The notes beneath the pieces were generated by a model. The model was not told the origin of the DNA. It saw only the letters and a list, made by a program, of their open reading frames with translations, and ran no database searches. A DNA stretch of 64,000 nucleotides from Candidatus Bathyarchaeota archaeon (GTDB taxonomy: Archaea; Thermoproteota; Bathyarchaeia; Bathyarchaeales; Bathycorpusculaceae), in assembly GCA_963715865.1 (NCBI GenBank), contig OY970280.1:352001-416000 (forward strand), given 5' to 3'. Both the position numbers and the translations under genes were made by a program. Positions 20,293 through 29,746 of the stretch are shown piece by piece; the stretch's first letter is position 1; every line of letters starts with the position of its first letter.

Positions 20293-21505
20293 AAACCCAA
20301 AACATTAGTGTTTTACTAGGCAGAGCTTCAATATTTTTTCTTAAGCCGTTTCTAGAGATGTACTTTTCCTCGTCAAGGGTAATGTAACCGTATAGGTTGC
20401 TGCGCGTTAAGCTTCTTCTGAGGAACTTTTTTGTAATGTTGAGGCTAAACCCAAGGCTGTATGCTAAATCAGCTAAAGCTATTTCATCTGTATACCTAAG
20501 TAGAATTAAGAGTTTTCTATCGGTTGCTGATATGAAATCTTTTGTAACGGGGTCGCTTATCGCGTCCAGATCTTTCGTCTCAAGCTGTTCGATTAAGATT
20601 CGCCGAGCTCGAAATGTGGTCAGGTATTGAGTTGCGAAAGCAGTTGGGATTCCAATAAGGCCTATTAGTAGAGTAGCCATTCCAATCATTAGAAATCCGT
20701 AACCGAAATGGTTCTCAATTGAAGCAGCTGCCCATGCATTAGCAACAATTGAGCCGACAAAAGATGAACCTATTGCGAAACCGATAATCCATAAGCTGCC
20801 AAATAACACTTTTTCTTTAACCCGAATCGGCTTTTCCGCTTTAACTTGCTCTATGTATCTTTTAATGGTGGCATTAATGACTCCGAAGGCTCCCAAACTA
20901 ATGGTGAATATGCCGACCAGCAGTGTTCCAAAACCAACGTAATTCGCTACCGTATATTTTGCCCATTCATTACCAGTCACAGACCCTATAAGGAACATTA
21001 CAATTCCACAGGCTACGGCTAACACGCCGTTAAACAGAGGGGTGCTATGTTTTGCCCCTAGGACATAGGCGGTGGCGATTCCTACCACGCCCAGGATAAG
21101 AGCAGCCGATCCGACCATTAACATTCCAAAGCCAAAGTAGTTTTCGATAGTGAATTTTGCCCATGTGCTGCCTGTCAACGAGCCAACGATAAAGAGGGCA
21201 ACTCCACAAGCAAAAAGATGCAATTTTTGAAACAAGGACTTTAAAGATGATAATTCGGAGAACCGGCTCGGTAGCCATCTGGGAATTCTTTTTTCTCTTG
21301 CCAAGATTGTTTTAAAAATTCCCTCTGCCAATAGGAAGATCCCTAAAACGATGAAGACTATTCCCGCCGAGAGAATTCCGAAGCCTACGTAGTTTTCGAT
21401 GGTGAACTTTGCCCAACTCTTACAGGCATCTGACCCTGCAGCCGAAAAAACTATTCCGGCAATAATAGCGCTTAAACCGCTAAGCAAGGGCTTTTGTAGT
21501 TTCAA
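20279..21505 (-). CDS. Multi-pass membrane protein with four internal two-TM repeats and C-terminal PCI-like winged helix
   Basis: Four WAKFTIENYxGFG-like repeats; C-terminal EIALADLAYSLGFSLNITKKFL...NLYGYITLDEEKYIS. Confidence 0.75.
   Translation of the reverse strand: MKLQKPLLSGLSAIIAGIVFSAAGSDACKSWAKFTIENYVGFGILSAGIVFIVLGIFLLAEGIFKTILAREKRIPRWLPSRFSELSSLKSLFQKLHLFACGVALFIVGSLTGSTWAKFTIENYFGFGMLMVGSAALILGVVGIATAYVLGAKHSTPLFNGVLAVACGIVMFLIGSVTGNEWAKYTVANYVGFGTLLVGIFTISLGAFGVINATIKRYIEQVKAEKPIRVKEKVLFGSLWIIGFAIGSSFVGSIVANAWAAASIENHFGYGFLMIGMATLLIGLIGIPTAFATQYLTTFRARRILIEQLETKDLDAISDPVTKDFISATDRKLLILLRYTDEIALADLAYSLGFSLNITKKFLRRSLTRSNLYGYITLDEEKYISRNGLRKNIEALPSKTLMFWVSTFL
20321..20524. repeat. 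204-bp winged-helix coding segment, copy B
   Basis: Paralogous to 18251-18454 at offset 2070. Confidence 0.9.
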
Positions 21506-21598
21506 GGTGCCGTACTCTCTATTGTATCGGTTATTAATTGAGTGTATGAGGCTTTAAACATATAACGTTTAAGATGATTGTGTACTAGTTTTTGCTTG

Positions 21599-21841
21599 TC
21601 AGGTTACTGCTGTTTGATTCTGCTTTTTTGAAAAAACCGCCAAAATAACAGTTGCCAATATAAGCACCAAGAGTACTGCACCGAAAATAATGAGTGGAAT
21701 CCTAAAGGCTGGCTCGGAATGCAGAACCGTAGTTGAAGGTAGACCTCCCAAATAAGCCGCTAAGAAAATACCCACGAAAACGGCGCCTATTCCTTGAAGG
21801 GAGAATAAAACTGTGGTTAATTTTTTGTTAGCTAATGTCAT
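21599..21841 (-). CDS. Small two-TM membrane protein
   Basis: 80 aa, two hydrophobic helices. Confidence 0.6.
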   Translation of the reverse strand: MTLANKKLTTVLFSLQGIGAVFVGIFLAAYLGGLPSTTVLHSEPAFRIPLIIFGAVLLVLILATVILAVFSKKQNQTAVT

Positions 21842-22020
21842 TTAAGGTCACTTCTTTGAGCTTTGTCGGTTTACTGATTAAGAGTAAATTTGTATTTAAC
21901 ATTAACCTTTCTCTTGTTTGAAAGAAGAAAGTCTGTAACTCCAAAAGTAGACTGCGTTAAACCGCAAATATAATATACTTAAAGAGAACGCAGTTTTCTC
22001 ATAATTGCCGGTTAAAGGTT

Positions 22021-22968
22021 ATGACTGAACAAAAGTTCTATTCGCCGCTAAAAATAGGATTACTTATAGTCGTGTTATCTTATTTCCTGTTCACTTTACA
22101 CGCAACGTTTACCCTCTCATGGATTGGCGAGTGGAACCGTATAACAGGGTCATTTTCATTCACAATTTTCGTTGAAGACATTTCCGCATTCATTGGACTT
22201 ATTTTCAGATTCGCAGCCAGCATCATAGCTTTTGCGGCAATCATCTTTTACTTTGCCAAGAAGAATCTTTCAAAACCCGCAACGTACAAGATACTGAGGT
22301 GGATTTTGATTTTTGAGGGAATTTATTGGTTGGGGCTTCTTGCAACCGGAGTAGCGAGTGTTCAAAGCTTAGTGCAGATGGGTTTAGGCAATCAACCGGT
22401 AATCACCTTGCTAAGCTCATTGGCGATAAGTGTTATTCCCAGTTTGGTAGAATCCATAGTTCCTCCCATTGCCCTATTCATACTGGCTTTCGAGTTAAAC
22501 CCAAACAAGCCTATCAAGAAAGCGATAAAATGGGGATTAATTACAGGCGCAGTCTACATTTTCGTTTTCTGGCTAACTAACACAAGCATGTGGTTTGTAA
22601 CCTTGACGTATGAGAAACCAATTGGGTATCTAACCTCCTACCCGCAAAACCTGCTTAGCTTCATCTTAACCACATTCGGATTACTAGCATTGGCAATTTA
22701 CACAGCATACTTTACCAAAAAATCCAGCGGAGCAGAATCCTTGCAAGCGCTGAACCTGAAAACCGTAGGAGCTATCATCATAGCGCTTGGAATGTACTTT
22801 CTCTGGAACTATTTAACATGGATTTTCTTTGGAGGCAATTACCTGTGGAGCGACTGGTATGCATGGTTTCTGGGGCATAACATGGACTTGTGGATGCTTT
22901 CACTTCCGCTCCTCGGCTTACCACTGCTTTTCACCAATAGGCTTTCAAAAGAAAATAATTCCAAATAG
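22021..22968 (+). CDS. Polytopic membrane protein, unknown function
   Basis: 315 aa, about 8 hydrophobic helices. Confidence 0.7.
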   Translation: MTEQKFYSPLKIGLLIVVLSYFLFTLHATFTLSWIGEWNRITGSFSFTIFVEDISAFIGLIFRFAASIIAFAAIIFYFAKKNLSKPATYKILRWILIFEGIYWLGLLATGVASVQSLVQMGLGNQPVITLLSSLAISVIPSLVESIVPPIALFILAFELNPNKPIKKAIKWGLITGAVYIFVFWLTNTSMWFVTLTYEKPIGYLTSYPQNLLSFILTTFGLLALAIYTAYFTKKSSGAESLQALNLKTVGAIIIALGMYFLWNYLTWIFFGGNYLWSDWYAWFLGHNMDLWMLSLPLLGLPLLFTNRLSKENNSK

Positions 22969-23057
22969 CATGACACTGTAACTGGAGTATATGCGCCAAG
23001 CAACATTTTTTCATACTCTTAATTAAATAGGGAAAACATTGTCATTTCAGGTGCTTA

Positions 23058-23393
23058 ATGATGACGGAGAAAAAAGGTAAAGCTCAGGATAGTCGTGATG
23101 CGTGTGTTAGGGCTATTGCCGAAGAGTTAAAGAAGGATAAGTGGGAGGTTAATGCGAACTTGGAGGGTTGGGGAAAGCCTTCACAGGTTGGACCTTTTGT
23201 TCCTGATGTTGAAGCCAAGAAAGGTTGTCTTAACCGTATTTGCCAGGTTGTTACTGAGGAAATGTTTGAAGGCAACAAGAAGCGGTATATTGAGTTTAAG
23301 AATTACTGCGACGAATATGACTTCCACTTTTACGTGGTAGATAAGGATGGCAAGCGTAGGCAGATTGATCCTGAAACATTTGGGAAAAAATAG
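23058..23393 (+). CDS. Small hypothetical protein, possible PD-(D/E)xK fold
   Basis: AIAEELKKDKWEV...VPDVEAKKG pattern. Confidence 0.55.
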   Translation: MMTEKKGKAQDSRDACVRAIAEELKKDKWEVNANLEGWGKPSQVGPFVPDVEAKKGCLNRICQVVTEEMFEGNKKRYIEFKNYCDEYDFHFYVVDKDGKRRQIDPETFGKK

Positions 23394-23440
23394 CGCTATA
23401 ACATAGATGCACTATAGATAAATCAATGAGCAAAGCGTAT

Positions 23441-23932
23441 CTATGTCGCTTGCCTAAATGATTGAAATCTTCGCGCTCTCGAGAGATAATATATCTGCAC
23501 TATGGTAATCACTATCCACACGATTATCAATGCAGTTACTATCAACCTTATTTCCCAGCTCTGGACAAAAAGATTCACCAATATTAAAACAACAAACAAG
23601 ACAGCCGTAATCATCCGCGTTACTCTCAGCGTAAGCATGCTTCTTCGTGCGCCCCAAGCTGTGCCACCTTCGCCTCTGACGCTCCTCTGCTCTTCTATCT
23701 GCTTCAATCGTTCCTCTGACAGATAGTACTTGCCGTCCACCTGGACAAAAATGCCGGTGCGACCAAGCCTTCTCTTCATAGCTTCCTCAAAACGTGGTGG
23801 AAGACCTAGTTCCTCTGCAGTCATTGCCTTGTCTGGACTCACGGCTCCTTTTTGGCGAAATCTCTCGACTACTTCGTACAGCCGCCTTCTCATTTCTTCG
23901 CGTTGATTAAACAAACCAATTCCAACGTGCAT
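23441..23932 (-). CDS. Membrane protein with N-terminal winged-helix-like domain and two C-terminal TMs
   Basis: AMTAEELGL...GIFVQVDGKYYL then two hydrophobic helices; start uncertain. Confidence 0.6.
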   Translation of the reverse strand: MHVGIGLFNQREEMRRRLYEVVERFRQKGAVSPDKAMTAEELGLPPRFEEAMKRRLGRTGIFVQVDGKYYLSEERLKQIEEQRSVRGEGGTAWGARRSMLTLRVTRMITAVLFVVLILVNLFVQSWEIRLIVTALIIVWIVITIVQIYYLSRARRFQSFRQAT

Positions 23933-23938
23933 TAGCTT

Positions 23939-24166
23939 TTATTCGCTTTCTTCTTTCGTGTCCTCTAAGCCGCGCATGATTTTGTTTGCGAATTCTCTCA
24001 TCAGGTCTGCTTTGACTAGTGCTAGGCCACGCCTGTTTTTGCCTGCCATGACGAGCAATAGGTCGCCTGGTTTGATGTTGAGTTCTTTTCTGGCTTTGGA
24101 GGGAATGACTATCTGGCCTCTGTCGCCAACTGTGACGGCTCCATAGACGTAAGCTTCTTCACTCAT
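23939..24166 (-). CDS. AbrB/MazE/SpoVT family DNA-binding protein
   Basis: VTVGDRGQIVIPSKARKELNIKPGDLL; start taken at ATG 24166. Confidence 0.9.
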   Translation of the reverse strand: MSEEAYVYGAVTVGDRGQIVIPSKARKELNIKPGDLLLVMAGKNRRGLALVKADLMREFANKIMRGLEDTKEESE

Positions 24167-24284
24167 ACTAATCACACTTTTCTTACTTTTCACACAAATA
24201 TGAAACTGCGCATTTAAGGCTATCAGTAACTCCATTTTTGATAACTTTTAAAAGCAGCAAAACATCAAACAATTTGACCCAACA

Positions 24285-24941
24285 ATGCACAAATCAGCCA
24301 TCCTTGCAATCCTCCTAACCATGCTCATCTTAACCGCATCATTATCAGTAGCTTTCGCTGATGTCTTCGTTGGCGCGAAGAAAGGCGACTGGATAGAATA
24401 CCAAGTAACAGAAACAGGCAATCCAACCCCAGACTTCAACATAACGTGGGCAAGAATGGACGTCACCGCCGTTCAAGGCGAAGCCATAAACGTAAGCGTT
24501 CAAACTCGATATGCAAACGGAACGCTATATCCAGAACCCAAAGTACTCCTCAACCTGGCGACAGGCGCCATCGGAGACGGCTTCTTTGTACCTGCAAACC
24601 TCAACATTGGCGACCAATTCTACAGTGAATACCAAGGCAACATAACCATAACAAGCGTTTGGCAACAAGAGGTTGGAGGCGCAATGCGAACCGTTGTCTC
24701 AGCTACTTCAAACCAGACCACCTATTACTGGGACAGGCAAACAGGCATCCTTGTCAGTGCAACCACTTCATTTCCAAGCTTTACGCTTTTCACAAAGACG
24801 AGCGGAACAAACATTTGGCAGCCGCAAATTCTCGGATTGGATTCCACCGTGTTTTATGCACTTATAGTTGCGGTAATCGTAGCCTTGGTGGCTATTGTTG
24901 CAATTTTCGTTTGGCACAAGAAAATGCACGTAAAAAGCTAA
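24285..24941 (+). CDS. Secreted protein with C-terminal membrane anchor
   Basis: Signal peptide, VGAKKGDWIEY, YYWDRQTGILV, C-terminal TM plus basic tail. Confidence 0.7.
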   Translation: MHKSAILAILLTMLILTASLSVAFADVFVGAKKGDWIEYQVTETGNPTPDFNITWARMDVTAVQGEAINVSVQTRYANGTLYPEPKVLLNLATGAIGDGFFVPANLNIGDQFYSEYQGNITITSVWQQEVGGAMRTVVSATSNQTTYYWDRQTGILVSATTSFPSFTLFTKTSGTNIWQPQILGLDSTVFYALIVAVIVALVAIVAIFVWHKKMHVKS

Positions 24942-25288
24942 TTTCTTGGGCAATCGAGAAAGTATGAATTTAAGGAAAAAATTAAACTCGTGCTTTTGAT
25001 GTTTACTTTAGGAATTGTTAAGTATAGTTTATGTATAATTTAATTTAGCGGCGATTACACATGGTGAACTGTTAATTTTAGTTACCGCTGTTGTGCAGTT
25101 TGAGATTACGCGGTAGGTAAAGTTTTGAGCGATAGAGGTATACTTTTAGGTAGACAATTTAGCGAGTAAAAAGAGCTATTTTTAGAGTTGGCACAAGCAG
25201 CTTCGTTATAATGCCAGCTAACACAATTGCCGTCTAGTTATGCTAAAGCTTATAGGTAGCCTGCTGAATAGCCAAGAATAGAAGAAAA

Positions 25289-26626
25289 TTGTTAAAGTTA
25301 AAAGGAAAAGTTTTCCGCGTCTCAATCATCTTAGGTTTACTTGTTGCAGTGCTGTTTTTGCTTGTCTTAAGCAGTTTCTTCGGTTCTTCTGCAGCTGCAT
25401 CCACCCAACCAGTAGCATCTGGAAATGCCGTTGTCATAGCGGATTTTAGCGTTCCGGTAGATCCTGGTTCAGCCGCTTTTATGTCTCGTGTCGTCGCCAC
25501 CGCCAAAAGCGAAAATGCAGCTGCAATAGTTATCCAGATGAATACGCCTGGCGGGAGCCTCGGCGACATGCTCTCCATCGTATCCTCCATCACGGCGGCG
25601 AATCAATCAGGCATTCCAACATACACTTTTATCGTGACCAACGGCTTAGGCGCTTCCGCTGGCAGCTACATAGCCATGGCAACAAACAGGATTCTTATGG
25701 CGCCAGGCTCAGAAATTGGTCCAAGCACACCCATCGTGGTGGGCGGCACAGAGCTGGAGCAGAATCATACTCAAGCTGCTATGCTGGATTATCTCACGAG
25801 CCTTGCGGAGAATTGGGGCCGCAACACCACTGCAGTTTTCTACATGGTTCAGTCTGATCAGGCGTTTTCAGCCAATGAGGCAGTGGCGGTTCACGTTGCC
25901 GATGGCACAGCAAACTCGCTATCCGACGCGCTTAACCAACTGGGTTTGTCTGGAAACCCTCAGGTGTCTCTGAGTGAAGACCTCTACGAGCAAATAATCA
26001 GCGCCTTAAGCAACGCCATACTCGATGGCATTCTCTTCCTCGTGGGAATCATCGCAGTTGTGCTGGATGTTTACCACCCAACCATCTTGCTGACCATTTT
26101 AGGTGTTATCGCTATTGTCGCGGGCTTAGTTGGAGCAGAGATAATTGGTGCCTCGCTGCTCGGCATCGTCATACTTGTCGTGGCTGCGGCACTGATTGTC
26201 GCGGAGTTGAAGCTGGGACACGGGTTCGCGCTCATGGCAGGAGTAGTGCTTGGCGCCTTTGGCATTTACTATCTTTCGTTAGGGTTGCAGTATTCGCCTT
26301 CGCCGATAACGGAGCTGGCGGAAATTGAGCTTAGCTTGCTTGTAGTGTTTGGAGTAATCATCGGCTTGTACATCAGGTGGGTGATCGGACCAATCAGGCG
26401 GCGCTCGAAGCTCACGGGGTCCGAAGCCATGATAGGCAAAACAGGCATAGCTATTACTGACCTCAAACCTAAAGGAGAAGTCAGGGTAATGGGGGAAATC
26501 TGGCGCGCTGAATCGCTATCTGGAGACATCGAAAAAGGCGAGCAAGTCAGCGTTAAGGCTTTGAACGGTCTGGTTGTAATGGTTGAAAAAGTTCAAGAAC
26601 AAGCCAAAAAACCATCAGTGAATTAG
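25289..26626 (+). CDS. nfeD: NfeD family membrane-bound ClpP-class protease
   Basis: MNTPGG, ASAGSYI, MAPGSEIG, TM bundle, C-terminal OB (GEVRVMGEIWRA). Confidence 0.9.
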   Translation: MLKLKGKVFRVSIILGLLVAVLFLLVLSSFFGSSAAASTQPVASGNAVVIADFSVPVDPGSAAFMSRVVATAKSENAAAIVIQMNTPGGSLGDMLSIVSSITAANQSGIPTYTFIVTNGLGASAGSYIAMATNRILMAPGSEIGPSTPIVVGGTELEQNHTQAAMLDYLTSLAENWGRNTTAVFYMVQSDQAFSANEAVAVHVADGTANSLSDALNQLGLSGNPQVSLSEDLYEQIISALSNAILDGILFLVGIIAVVLDVYHPTILLTILGVIAIVAGLVGAEIIGASLLGIVILVVAAALIVAELKLGHGFALMAGVVLGAFGIYYLSLGLQYSPSPITELAEIELSLLVVFGVIIGLYIRWVIGPIRRRSKLTGSEAMIGKTGIAITDLKPKGEVRVMGEIWRAESLSGDIEKGEQVSVKALNGLVVMVEKVQEQAKKPSVN

Positions 26627-26649
26627 GATTCATTTACTCCTGAACAAAG

Positions 26650-26722
26650 TAGCCCGGGAGAGATTCGAACTCTCGTCGGCGGGTCCAAAGCCCGCTATGC
26701 TTGACCACTACACCACCGGGCT
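26650..26722 (-). tRNA. tRNA-Gln (anticodon TTG)
   Basis: AGCCCGGTGGTGTAGTGGTCAAGCATAGCGGGCTTTGGACCCGCCGACGAGAGTTCGAATCTCTCCCGGGCTA folds to a cloverleaf; CCA not encoded. Confidence 0.95.
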
Positions 26723-27002
26723 TCAAGGCTGACGCTAGAGTTTTAGGACATTTCTTATCCTAATAAGCGTTCTTCATGCAAGGTTGACGTTGGCATACTT
26801 GTTTTTTCTGTTGACATTTTTTTACGTTATTTTCCATTAGCAAAATTACTCTATGCTTATAATTCTAAGGTTATATGTGCAATAGCTTTATTAAAACCAC
26901 AAAGCTTAAATAGTAGTAACGTTCCTTCGTTTAGTTTGCGCGGGCCGAATGTACTATTTTCTAGCCAGATTGGCATATAGTGACGGTTCTACGCATGTTG
27001 AA

Positions 27003-27956
27003 ATGGAGCAGGAAAAATTGAGCAAAAAAGAAACTAAAACACAAACGCGCTTGGCAGACAAGTGCGCAGAGTGCGGTAGCGAAAACCTAGTTCACGATTA
27101 CGACACTGGAGAAACCGTATGCGGCGACTGCGGGCTGGTCCTGTACGAGCAAATGATGGATAAAGGACCAGAATGGCGCGCATTTACCCAAGAGGAAAAA
27201 GCGTCAAGAAGCCGCGTTGGAGTTCCCACATCTTATTCTGTTCATGACAAAGGCTTATCCACAGCCATTAGCCAAGTGGATCGAGATGCCTTTGGAAGGA
27301 AACTGCCATTGGCCACAAGGCTGCAAATGTGGCGTTTGCGGAAATGGCAAATACGGAGCAGAGTGCACTCATCCATTGACCGAAATCTTGCTCAAGCCAT
27401 GGCAGAACTCGATCGTCTTTCAGATAAAGTCTACATTCCACCACCAATCAAGGAGAAAGCCGCTGTCGTTTACCGTAAAGCCTTAGACAAAGGCTTGGTT
27501 CGCGGAAGGTCAATTGCCGCTATCGCTGCTGCTGCGCTTTATGCTGCTTGCCGTGGAAGCGGAACACCACGTACATTGCGGGAAATTGCTGAAGCCAGTC
27601 TTGTCGATAAGAAAGATGTCGCACGATGCTACAGGCTACTGTTACGTGAGCTTGAAGTTCACATGCCTATCGCTGACCCGTTGACTTACGTGTCTAAAAT
27701 CGCGGAAAAAACTGGGATTTCAGGAAAAACTCAGGGTGCAGCCATCCAAATTCTCAGAGACGCAAGACGCAAACGTGCTGCCGCTGGAAAAGATCCGATG
27801 GGTTTAGCTGCCGCTGCCCTCTACATTGCTTGTTTGCAGAACAACGAGAAAAAAACACAGAAAGACATCGCTGAAGCTGCAGGCGTAACAGAAGTAACTG
27901 TACGCAATCGCTACAAAACGCTTAAGAAACAATTAAATCTTGAGTTGCCAGATTAG
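27003..27956 (+). CDS. tfb: Transcription initiation factor IIB
   Basis: CAEC...CGDCG Zn ribbon, DKGPEWRAF, two cyclin repeats, QKDIAEAAGVTEVTVRNRY; start uncertain (26949 or 27003). Confidence 0.97.
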   Translation: MEQEKLSKKETKTQTRLADKCAECGSENLVHDYDTGETVCGDCGLVLYEQMMDKGPEWRAFTQEEKASRSRVGVPTSYSVHDKGLSTAISQVDRDAFGRKLPLATRLQMWRLRKWQIRSRVHSSIDRNLAQAMAELDRLSDKVYIPPPIKEKAAVVYRKALDKGLVRGRSIAAIAAAALYAACRGSGTPRTLREIAEASLVDKKDVARCYRLLLRELEVHMPIADPLTYVSKIAEKTGISGKTQGAAIQILRDARRKRAAAGKDPMGLAAAALYIACLQNNEKKTQKDIAEAAGVTEVTVRNRYKTLKKQLNLELPD

Positions 27957-27969
27957 GGCATTTTTTTAA

Positions 27970-28188
27970 TCAAGCATCAGTTTCTTCTTTTTCTTTTTCA
28001 AGTTCCATAACTATGGTTCCAACGTAACCGCAGTCTTCACAATAGTATTGTTTAGGCGTTAACCCAATAGCTAGACTACTTGTTAGGTGTATTTTTGGGC
28101 TACAACATCTTGGACAGTAAATCTGCGTTGGTTTTCGATGTTTGACTGCTTTGAATACTTCGCGAATATCGTCTAGTTTTTTCATCAA
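27970..28188 (-). CDS. Small Zn-ribbon protein
   Basis: CPRCCS...YYCEDCGYVG. Confidence 0.65.
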   Translation of the reverse strand: MMKKLDDIREVFKAVKHRKPTQIYCPRCCSPKIHLTSSLAIGLTPKQYYCEDCGYVGTIVMELEKEKEETDA

Positions 28189-28215
28189 GTTGCGCCTTTG
28201 CCTTTTGACTTGCGT

Positions 28216-28524
28216 TTATTGTAATTCGATGTTTTCTGCCGGATAACCTATTTTGACTAAGAATTCGCGTACTCTGTCTCGGTGATCTCCCTGCAGCATA
28301 ATTTGACCGTTTTTGCTGGTTCCACCGCATGCGCAATAGGTTTTCAGTTTTTGTGCAATGCTAGGTAAGTTCGAGTTTTTATCGTCCATACCGTCGACAA
28401 TGGTGGTTGGTCTGCCAAATTTTCTTGTTTCAAGTCTAATGCGAATTCTCTGTTGCTCTTTTTCTATTTCGCCACAAACGCATAAGTCCTTTGGAAGCCC
28501 GCATGTTGAACAAACTTCAGCCAT
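28216..28524 (-). CDS. Translation initiation factor SUI1/aIF1 (YciH family)
   Basis: CSTCGLPKDLCVC, KLKTYCACGGT, LQGDHR; start taken at ATG 28524. Confidence 0.95.
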   Translation of the reverse strand: MAEVCSTCGLPKDLCVCGEIEKEQQRIRIRLETRKFGRPTTIVDGMDDKNSNLPSIAQKLKTYCACGGTSKNGQIMLQGDHRDRVREFLVKIGYPAENIELQ

Positions 28525-28798
28525 GACACTCAACAGTAAATTAGCATCTGCAATATATAAAAGTTTCAAATCCAGAATAAGTATTTCTTTTCATTCCATT
28601 GATTGAGGTTCGTTTGATTGCACTTTTTGTTCTGTGCTTGGAAAATTCTGTAGTCTTACCTCTTTTTTGAAGGATGAATTATTAGGCAGGTTAGTTGTAA
28701 CTGCTCATGGAAACCTTCGAAGGCAGCTGGCACTATGCCCAAAAATGGTAGGCTTTTATCTTTTTTAAGCCGCTACTCCCTACTTGTTTCTTATAAGT

Positions 28799-29344
28799 TC
28801 AAGTGTTAATTGTTGCGATTCGTTTTGCTAATTCAGCGATTTGTTTTTGGAACTTTGCTCTCATTTTACCAAAGCGCATAGCTGCTGAAGGATGAATAAC
28901 TTCAATGTACTCTATGCCTTCTAAGCGTGGAGTTTCTTTTGCGGTTGCGCCTAACAGCACGATTATTTTTGGTTTAATGACGTTGATTTGCGTGGTCAAG
29001 TAGGGTACGCATGCCGCTATTTCGTCAGCGAAGGGTTTTCTGTTCTGCGGAGAAGTGTGCTTTACGATGTTGGTTATGAAGAGTTCTTCGCGTTTTATGC
29101 CATTTTCAGCGAGCACTTTGGTTAAGAATTTTCCTGCTCTACCAACAAAAGGCCTGCCAGTTTCATCTTCTTGTTCTCCTGGGTTCTGTCCTACCATCAT
29201 GACCTTGGAGTTTAGTGGTCCTTCGCCTGGTACACCGTGTTTTGCTCCTTGCCAGAGCTTGCATTTTCTGCAACCGTAGATTTGATAGTTTAATTCTTCA
29301 AGCGACATTGGTTTTAGCCTTTGTTGTTGGGTAATGACAGCCAC
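28799..29344 (-). CDS. udg: Uracil-DNA glycosylase family 4
   Basis: CRKCKL, GQNPGEQEDETGRPFVGRAG, HPSA. Confidence 0.9.
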   Translation of the reverse strand: MAVITQQQRLKPMSLEELNYQIYGCRKCKLWQGAKHGVPGEGPLNSKVMMVGQNPGEQEDETGRPFVGRAGKFLTKVLAENGIKREELFITNIVKHTSPQNRKPFADEIAACVPYLTTQINVIKPKIIVLLGATAKETPRLEGIEYIEVIHPSAAMRFGKMRAKFQKQIAELAKRIATINT

Positions 29345-29443
29345 ACAACCTTAAAGAAACACGCATTATTAATTAATTAAGCTCTTGTTAACGCTGAACA
29401 GGAGCGAGGAAGATTTGTCAAATTCTTATGTGAAGGATGAAAA

Positions 29444-29746
29444 ATGACTCAGGAAGAATCGGCATCTGGCTCACTCATCGGGAGTGCTATTCGTGTTCTT
29501 TTACGAGTTGCTTTTGCTTTTGAACCTTTGGCGCCCACCGCCATTACGGTATTGATGAATCAACAACTGCATAGGTTCAAGGAAGCGGGCGCAATCGGGA
29601 ATTATAAAACTAGAACTAAACGATTGGGAAAGTTCCATTACCGCATCGAAATCAATTCGGATTTGACTGGCATGCAGGCGATTCATCTTATCGGTAACTT
29701 ATTCCCAAGCCAATTTAAACGGTTCAGGAGGTGGTTCCATGACTGA
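29444..29746 (+). CDS. Hypothetical protein
   Basis: 100-aa ORF, overlaps the next small ORF by 8 nt. Confidence 0.5.
   Translation: MTQEESASGSLIGSAIRVLLRVAFAFEPLAPTAITVLMNQQLHRFKEAGAIGNYKTRTKRLGKFHYRIEINSDLTGMQAIHLIGNLFPSQFKRFRRWFHD

Noticed and set aside
25243-25593. 116-aa antisense ORF, and the many other 60-130 aa antisense or overlapping ORFs in the track
   Set aside because: They lie opposite well-supported genes and show no recognisable motifs; treated as shadow ORFs
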